Origin: Candidatus Heimdallarchaeota archaeon
GTDB taxonomy: Archaea > Asgardarchaeota > Heimdallarchaeia > JABLTI01
Direction of reading: 5' to 3'
Assembly (NCBI GenBank): GCA_030614005.1
Contig: JAUWKS010000085.1
Span: 1 to 12,267, forward strand
DNA length: 12,267 nucleotides
The position numbers and the translations under genes are program-made. This document shows positions 7,890 to 12,267 of the stretch, piece after piece; positions within the stretch are counted from its first letter, which is position 1; the number at the start of each line of letters is the position of its first letter. Under the pieces are notes generated by a model. That model searched no databases, had not been told where the DNA came from, and saw only the letters and a program-made list of their open reading frames with translations.

Positions 7890-8084
7890 ATAAAAAATTT
7901 TGTTGGTAATACTAAAATATCCTTAGAAAATCAAGAAGATGTCTTACAATGCCCTAAATGTGAATCATATTTTCAGGGTGAATATCTAAGAGAATGGGTA
8001 AAAGAAAAGAAAATCTGCCTAGTATGCAAATTTCCCTTAATGATTGTCACTAAAGATAAACCAAGAATCAATCTTTATCCGTAA
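7890..8084 (+). other. Unannotated RING-finger-derived reading frame (single-zinc variant or pseudogene); no in-frame ATG/GTG/TTG upstream of the Cys motifs
   Basis: 64 open codons between TGA 7887-7889 and TAA 8082-8084: IKNFVGNTKISLENQEDVLQCPKCESYFQGEYLREWVKEKKICLVCKFPLMIVTKDKPRINLYP. This matches the pattern CxxC..I..x..CPxCxxxFHxxHLxEWxxxxxxCPxCxxPL of archaeal/Asgard RING proteins. It overlaps the convergent DegV stop by 17 nt. Confidence 0.6.
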
Positions 8085-8955
8085 ACCAACTTTCCGTCCA
8101 ATTTCCTATCCAAGTAATGGCTAAAGCTCCAGTGCCTATATGTGCACCTATTGATGGTCCAATAGCAACAAGAGCAACATCTTTTGGTAATTTTGGTAAA
8201 TCTTTGATTGATTCGTAATATTTTTCTGCAAGTGATTTATCATTTGTATAGCCAATCCAAAGGATATCATAATCCAAATTTGCGATAATCTTTGGGGCGA
8301 TTCGTACCATTCCTTTGTATGCTTCTTCAGAGCCGGTAACTGAAAGGAAGCTTTCAACCAAACCATCTCTAACTTGCATTATTGGTTTCTTGTTCAATAA
8401 TTTACCAAAAATTTTCTTTGCTCGTCCTATCCTTCCGCCACGATGGAGATATTCTAACGTGTCCAATGTGCAAACAATTCTTGATTTTGGAATGAGACTA
8501 TTTTTAAGAGCGGCTAATATTTCTTCTTTGCTTTTTCCTTCTTGATTTAGCTTTCCAGCAATCAGAGCAATCATTCCTAAAGGAAGCGTAGTAGTATTTC
8601 CATCTATAGGATTAATATCCTTATCTGGCAATTGATTTATTGCTAATTGTACTGAATTCATTGTTCCTGACATATTTGGTGTGATGTGTATTGAAATAAT
8701 TGTTTCATAACCTTGGTCGAAAATTTTTGTATACACTTCTAGGAATTCCTTTGCAGAAGGTTGAGAAGTTTTAGGCCATTCATATATTCCGCTTTCAACC
8801 ATTCCGTAAAACTCACCAGGTGTTAAAGTAACTTTATCCTTGAATCGATCCTCACCAAAGAAGACATTTAGTGGAACTATCTCAATATCATACTTTTCTG
8901 CTAAATCTTTAGGTAAATCACTTGTAGAATCTGTAACTATTTTTATTTTTGACAA
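8068..8955 (-). CDS. degV: DegV/FakB family fatty-acid-binding protein, paralog 1
   Basis: 295 aa. Family motifs 'IVTDSTSDLP', 'TSQPS', 'SGT..S', 'LEYLHRGGRIG', 'KPI...DG' and 'IGAHIG'. TTG start with CAGGAGA SD. Confidence 0.93.
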   Translation of the reverse strand: MSKIKIVTDSTSDLPKDLAEKYDIEIVPLNVFFGEDRFKDKVTLTPGEFYGMVESGIYEWPKTSQPSAKEFLEVYTKIFDQGYETIISIHITPNMSGTMNSVQLAINQLPDKDINPIDGNTTTLPLGMIALIAGKLNQEGKSKEEILAALKNSLIPKSRIVCTLDTLEYLHRGGRIGRAKKIFGKLLNKKPIMQVRDGLVESFLSVTGSEEAYKGMVRIAPKIIANLDYDILWIGYTNDKSLAEKYYESIKDLPKLPKDVALVAIGPSIGAHIGTGALAITWIGNWTESWFTDKD

Positions 8956-8962
8956 ATTGTTA

Positions 8963-8969
8963 TCTCCTG
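8963..8969 (-). promoter_or_regulatory. Shine-Dalgarno CAGGAGA of DegV paralog 1
   Basis: tctcctg on the + strand, 7 nt upstream of TTG 8955. Confidence 0.7.
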
Positions 8970-9141
8970 CTATATTAAAACTATTAAAAAATCAAAGTAG
9001 TAATTTAAAAAACTTGCTAAATAGAAAAAGATGCTAATGACTTGACTATTTAATTAACATTTGTGGAGAGAACAAAGAAATTGAAATATTACTACTCCCT
9101 ATTTCTCTTTTCCATTAGTTTTTTTTATTTAAATTCAAAAA

Positions 9142-9846
9142 TTATTCTTCTATAACTTTCTTCAATTCCCTGGCATTAGCAACATTGTGTTCAAGATCTT
9201 TAAGATTTGGTATCATTCCATCCCAACTAGATTCCTCTACAAATTTAGTTAAAAATTCATGTAACTCTTCTGGTTCGAATTTTGCTACTTCAAGTGGAGA
9301 ATCTAAACCAGCATCATAATACAATCGTGAAAGTTTAGTTCTAACATATCCCATTCTTGTTATATCTGAAAGCTTTACTAATTCTAAAACCGCTATTTCT
9401 GGTATATCTAATTGTTTTGCAATTTGCTCTCTCTGAACTTTTGTTTTACCAGCTTCTAACATCTGTTCAACATCTTTTATTCCGATGGAAGCGAGTTTTG
9501 TTACATATTCTTGATCGATATTAAGGAACCCTTTAATTGGAAATATTCTTCTTGATTTTTTAATTCTCTCTTCTCTTAGAGTTCTTACACAATCAAGCAT
9601 CTCATCATTTTCAATAAATCGAAAATAGTTCATAAGAACATAAAGAAATCCTTTTGCAGATTTCTTTGTTGTTTCAATTTTTTTAACATAAGATTCAATG
9701 TCATCTAATCTCACTTCTGAGAGTTTTTTGCTCTTTTCGTTTCCAAGATACTCACTGAATCGTTTCACAGTAAGAACATTTCTCTCAACGACATTTTGCT
9801 TCTTACCTTTTCTTCTTAGATATTTTCTAAATTTTTCTTTATCCAT
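9142..9846 (-). CDS. Integrase N-terminal SAM-like (core-binding) domain fused to a DUF4332 helix-hairpin-helix domain; putative nucleic-acid-binding protein
   Basis: 234 aa. Residues ~1-95 (FRKYL..KGKKQNVVERNV..VKRFSEYL...L.EV..DDI..YV...SAKGFLYVLMNYFRF) follow the four-helix integrase SAM-like pattern. Residues ~105-230 (KLASIGIKDVEQMLEAG.T...R..IA.QLDI...VLELVKLSDITRMGYV..KLSRLYYDAGLDSPLEVAK..PEELH...PNLKDL...VANA) follow DUF4332. No R-H-R-Y catalytic domain. Confidence 0.72.
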   Translation of the reverse strand: MDKEKFRKYLRRKGKKQNVVERNVLTVKRFSEYLGNEKSKKLSEVRLDDIESYVKKIETTKKSAKGFLYVLMNYFRFIENDEMLDCVRTLREERIKKSRRIFPIKGFLNIDQEYVTKLASIGIKDVEQMLEAGKTKVQREQIAKQLDIPEIAVLELVKLSDITRMGYVRTKLSRLYYDAGLDSPLEVAKFEPEELHEFLTKFVEESSWDGMIPNLKDLEHNVANARELKKVIEE

Positions 9847-9874
9847 CTATATCATTCCCATTATTATTCATTTG

Positions 9875-9882
9875 ATATTAAA
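9875..9882 (-). promoter_or_regulatory. Putative TATA box (TTTAATAT) of the DUF4332 gene
   Basis: ATATTAAA on the + strand, 29-36 nt upstream of ATG 9846. Confidence 0.35.
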
Positions 9883-10031
9883 TCATCTTCAAGATAATGA
9901 TAATAATTCAAACTAAAAAAAATACCTCAATTTTCTTTGTGAAGTATTAATTTCAACTTGGTTTAACAAAAAGTAAAAAGGGATTGTTGTATCTGAACAT
10001 GCAAGTTAATAATAAATAAAAAGAAGTGAAT

Positions 10032-10055
10032 GATAGATTAAGAAAATAATCTATC
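10032..10055 (-). terminator. Perfect 9-bp inverted repeat directly after the DegV paralog 2 stop (terminator hairpin or protein-binding site)
   Basis: GATAGATTA 10032-10040, 6-nt spacer, TAATCTATC 10047-10055; followed on the minus strand by CACTTCTTTTT. Confidence 0.45.
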
Positions 10056-10939
10056 TATTTATTGAAAAACCATTCTTCGTTCCAATCGCCAATCCAAGTT
10101 AGAGCCATTACATTTGGTCCAATATGAGTACCAACAGCAGGTCCAATATCAGCTTGCAAAATATTTTTGGGTGCATTTGGCAATTTACGAATAGCACTTT
10201 CGACTTTATTTGCTAGTTCTTGATTACTGGTATATCCAACCCAAAGTGTATCATATTCTAAAATATCACAAACCTTAGGAGCCATCTTCATGAGACCTTC
10301 GAAACCTTCATCAAGATTTTTTGTTGAACCAAAACTATCTACTAAACCATCTGTAATTTGAATTAAAGGAAATTTTTTAAGAAGAGTGCCGAGTATTTTC
10401 TTTGCTTTACCAATCCTTCCACCTTTATGGAGATACTCTAAACTTTCAATAACTCCAACTATATGAGAATTTGGAATAATATCTTCGTTTAATGCTTTAA
10501 CTATCTCATCTTTGCTCTTACCTTCTTTATTGAGCTTGGCAGCTACAAGTGCAATCAAACCTAATGGCAATGAAACAGTATTCCCATTTACCATTATGAT
10601 ATCCTTGCCTGGCATTTTATTGATTGCTAATTGTACAGAATTTTGTGTACCAGAGAGTTTTGGGGAAATATGAATTGAAATTATTGAATCATATCCTTCT
10701 TTGAATATATTTTCATATAATTCTACAAATTCTCTAGCAGATGGCTGAGAAGTTGTTGGCCATTCATATATTCCACTATCACACATTCCGTAGAATTCAC
10801 TTGTGGTAATGGTGATTCGATCTTTGAACTTTTCATCACCAAAAAAGACGTTTAAAGCGATAACACTTATATCATATTCTTTTGCGATTTCTTTTGGAAT
10901 GTCACTTGTTGAATCTGTAACTATTTTAATTTTTGACAA
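10055..10939 (-). CDS. degV: DegV/FakB family fatty-acid-binding protein, paralog 2
   Basis: 294 aa with the same motifs (IVTDSTSD, TSQPS, LSGT, LEYLHKGGRIG, VGTHIG). About 58% identical to paralog 1 by hand-counted ungapped alignment (171/295). TTG start. Confidence 0.93.
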   Translation of the reverse strand: MSKIKIVTDSTSDIPKEIAKEYDISVIALNVFFGDEKFKDRITITTSEFYGMCDSGIYEWPTTSQPSAREFVELYENIFKEGYDSIISIHISPKLSGTQNSVQLAINKMPGKDIIMVNGNTVSLPLGLIALVAAKLNKEGKSKDEIVKALNEDIIPNSHIVGVIESLEYLHKGGRIGKAKKILGTLLKKFPLIQITDGLVDSFGSTKNLDEGFEGLMKMAPKVCDILEYDTLWVGYTSNQELANKVESAIRKLPNAPKNILQADIGPAVGTHIGPNVMALTWIGDWNEEWFFNK

Positions 10940-10946
10940 AATACTT

Positions 10947-10953
10947 TCTCCTG
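10947..10953 (-). promoter_or_regulatory. Shine-Dalgarno CAGGAGA of DegV paralog 2
   Basis: tctcctg on the + strand, 7 nt upstream of TTG 10939; identical motif and spacing to paralog 1. Confidence 0.7.
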
Positions 10954-10956
10954 AAT

Positions 10957-10978
10957 TGGATTAACATAACATAATCCA
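10957..10978. promoter_or_regulatory. 7-bp inverted repeat in the DegV paralog 2 leader/promoter, possible operator
   Basis: TGGATTA 10957-10963, 8-nt spacer, TAATCCA 10972-10978, just upstream of the SD. Confidence 0.35.
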
Positions 10979-11194
10979 CAAGTAATTATTTTCTAGCTAT
11001 ATTTTTACTATTAACCAACTAAAAACTTATTATTCTTTTACTGTAAAAGAAAAAAAGCATTAATCGACAGTAATTATTAAGAAATGATTTAAAAACAGGT
11101 TCAGTAAACATTCTCTTGAGAGTAAGGAGCCCTCTTTTAGCCACTTTGCTATCAATAAAACTCCACCAGTATAATTGAACTATTGGTGTAACTG

Positions 11195-12133
11195 ATGATG
11201 GATATTGTAGCAAAATTTGGCCGTGATGATTTAGCGATTCTGTATATTGCACGAAATGATGAAAAATATCTTGAATTTGTCGAATCCTTACAACCACCGA
11301 TCGCTCGAGAAGAAAAATGGGTTGTTATTATTTCTACCATGTATGGTTGTCCTGTGCGTTGTGAAATGTGCGATGCAGGCACATACTATAAGGGAAAAAT
11401 ATCTTATCAAACAATGCTAGACCAAATTGATCATATAGTTGCCAAAAGGTATCCAGATAGGACCGTTCCGGCGAAAAAATTCAAGGTTCAATTTGCGCGA
11501 ATGGGTGAACCAGCGTTGAATAATGATGTTTTAGAGGTTATGAAAAAACTTCCAGAGATTTACAATGCTCCGGGATTATTACCGTGCATCTCAACAATTG
11601 CACCCGCAAAAGCTGAGAAATTCATGAATGAAATGATAGATATTAAGAATGAACTTTATTCTAATGGTTATTTTCAATTGCAATTTTCAATTCATTCAAC
11701 AGATGAAAAAACGAGAAGAAAAGTTATTCCCTACAACATCTTGTCTTTAGAAGAAATTGCAACTTATGGTGAATCTTACTGGAAAAAGGGTGACCGAAAA
11801 ATGACTTTGAATTTTGCTGCAGAAAAATCCAATCCACTTGAACCTGAAAAACTCGTTGAAATTTTCGATCCAAAAAGATTCTTCTTAAAAATAACTCCTA
11901 TCAACCCAACAGGCATCGCTAAAGCTCATAGCTTGCAGTCAATGATCTCTGTTGAAACTGGAGAGTTCGCTAAAAAGAAAATAAAAACATTAGAAGATTT
12001 GGGTTTCGATGTTCTCCTAAGTATTGGAGAATTAGAGGAAAATCACATTGGCAGCAATTGTGGTCAACACGCATTAAAATTCCAAGATGGAACCTTTACC
12101 ATAGAAAACTACCAAAAGTATGAAGAGTCTTGA
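11195..12133 (+). CDS. Radical SAM protein of the RlmN/Cfr-like (class A methylsynthase) fold, divergent
   Basis: 312 aa. 'ISTMYGCPVRCEMC' (CxxxCxxC at C52/C56/C59), 'RMGEP', 'LQFSIHS.DE..R..VIP', 'KITPINP' and C-terminal 'IGSNCGQ' (C289, equivalent to the RlmN ACGQ cysteine). Not called rlmN because key elements differ. Confidence 0.85.
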   Translation: MMDIVAKFGRDDLAILYIARNDEKYLEFVESLQPPIAREEKWVVIISTMYGCPVRCEMCDAGTYYKGKISYQTMLDQIDHIVAKRYPDRTVPAKKFKVQFARMGEPALNNDVLEVMKKLPEIYNAPGLLPCISTIAPAKAEKFMNEMIDIKNELYSNGYFQLQFSIHSTDEKTRRKVIPYNILSLEEIATYGESYWKKGDRKMTLNFAAEKSNPLEPEKLVEIFDPKRFFLKITPINPTGIAKAHSLQSMISVETGEFAKKKIKTLEDLGFDVLLSIGELEENHIGSNCGQHALKFQDGTFTIENYQKYEES

Positions 12134-12155
12134 GAGCTAATATTGTGTGAAGAAG

Positions 12156-12267
12156 ATGAAAAAAGAGCACTATTTTACAAATGAGAATCGTGAAGCGAAA
12201 ATTGCAGAATGGAAAGAAATTCTCTCTAATTATTATTCTAGTAAAAAAAAGTTCACCTTTGAAATGG
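12156..12267 (+). CDS. N-terminal fragment of a downstream ORF running off the window (MKKEHYFTNENREAKIAEWKEILSNYYSSKKKFTFEM...), function unknown
   Basis: ATG 22 nt after the radical SAM stop; 37 open codons to the window edge with protein-like composition; possibly co-transcribed. Confidence 0.45.
   Translation, partial: MKKEHYFTNENREAKIAEWKEILSNYYSSKKKFTFEM

Noticed and set aside
9142-9846. Calling this gene an integrase and the region a mobile element
   Set aside because: No catalytic tyrosine-recombinase domain, no att-like direct repeats or tRNA target, and no obvious composition shift.
8148-9916. ORFs 8148-8366, 8315-8545, 8840-9037 and 9698-9916
   Set aside because: Off-frame or antisense overlaps of the DegV and DUF4332 genes.
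11019-11382. Minus-strand ORFs 11019-11297 and 11152-11382
   Set aside because: Overlap the radical SAM 5' end in antisense; no motifs, and the non-overlapping part is low-complexity intergenic DNA.
12131-12184. Readthrough of the radical SAM TGA adding 16 residues (ELILCEEDEKRALFYK)
   Set aside because: No SECIS evident, the domain is already complete, and the downstream ATG ORF in another frame explains the sequence better.
1-12267. CRISPR array, rRNA or tRNA genes
   Set aside because: No regularly spaced direct repeats or conserved RNA-gene signatures were seen by eye on either strand.

Overview
AT-rich (roughly 30% GC by eye) archaeal window. It is most likely from an Asgard archaeon (Heimdallarchaeia-like), inferred from a TPR + longin-like fusion, an Asgard-style RING pattern and BRE/TATA-type promoters with U-tract terminators. 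Gene order: GC-rich hairpin element resembling an IS200/IS605 right end (26-136); MacB/FtsX-type ABC permease (-); S9 peptidase (+); 40-aa-repeat TPR protein with C-terminal longin-like domain (+); cupin (-); a RING-derived small reading frame absent from the ORF track (+, about 7890-8084); DegV/FakB paralog 1 (-); integrase-SAM-like + DUF4332 fusion (-); DegV/FakB paralog 2 (-); RlmN-like radical SAM enzyme (+); and a truncated ORF at the right edge. Most notable: (i) the hidden RING-like frame has lost exactly the four ligands of one zinc site and kept the other four; (ii) the RlmN-like enzyme lacks the resolving cysteine; (iii) both DegV copies lack the basic FakA-docking patch; (iv) a possible TnpB omegaRNA/IS end at the left edge. 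All family assignments come from motif recognition by eye; no database searches were run.
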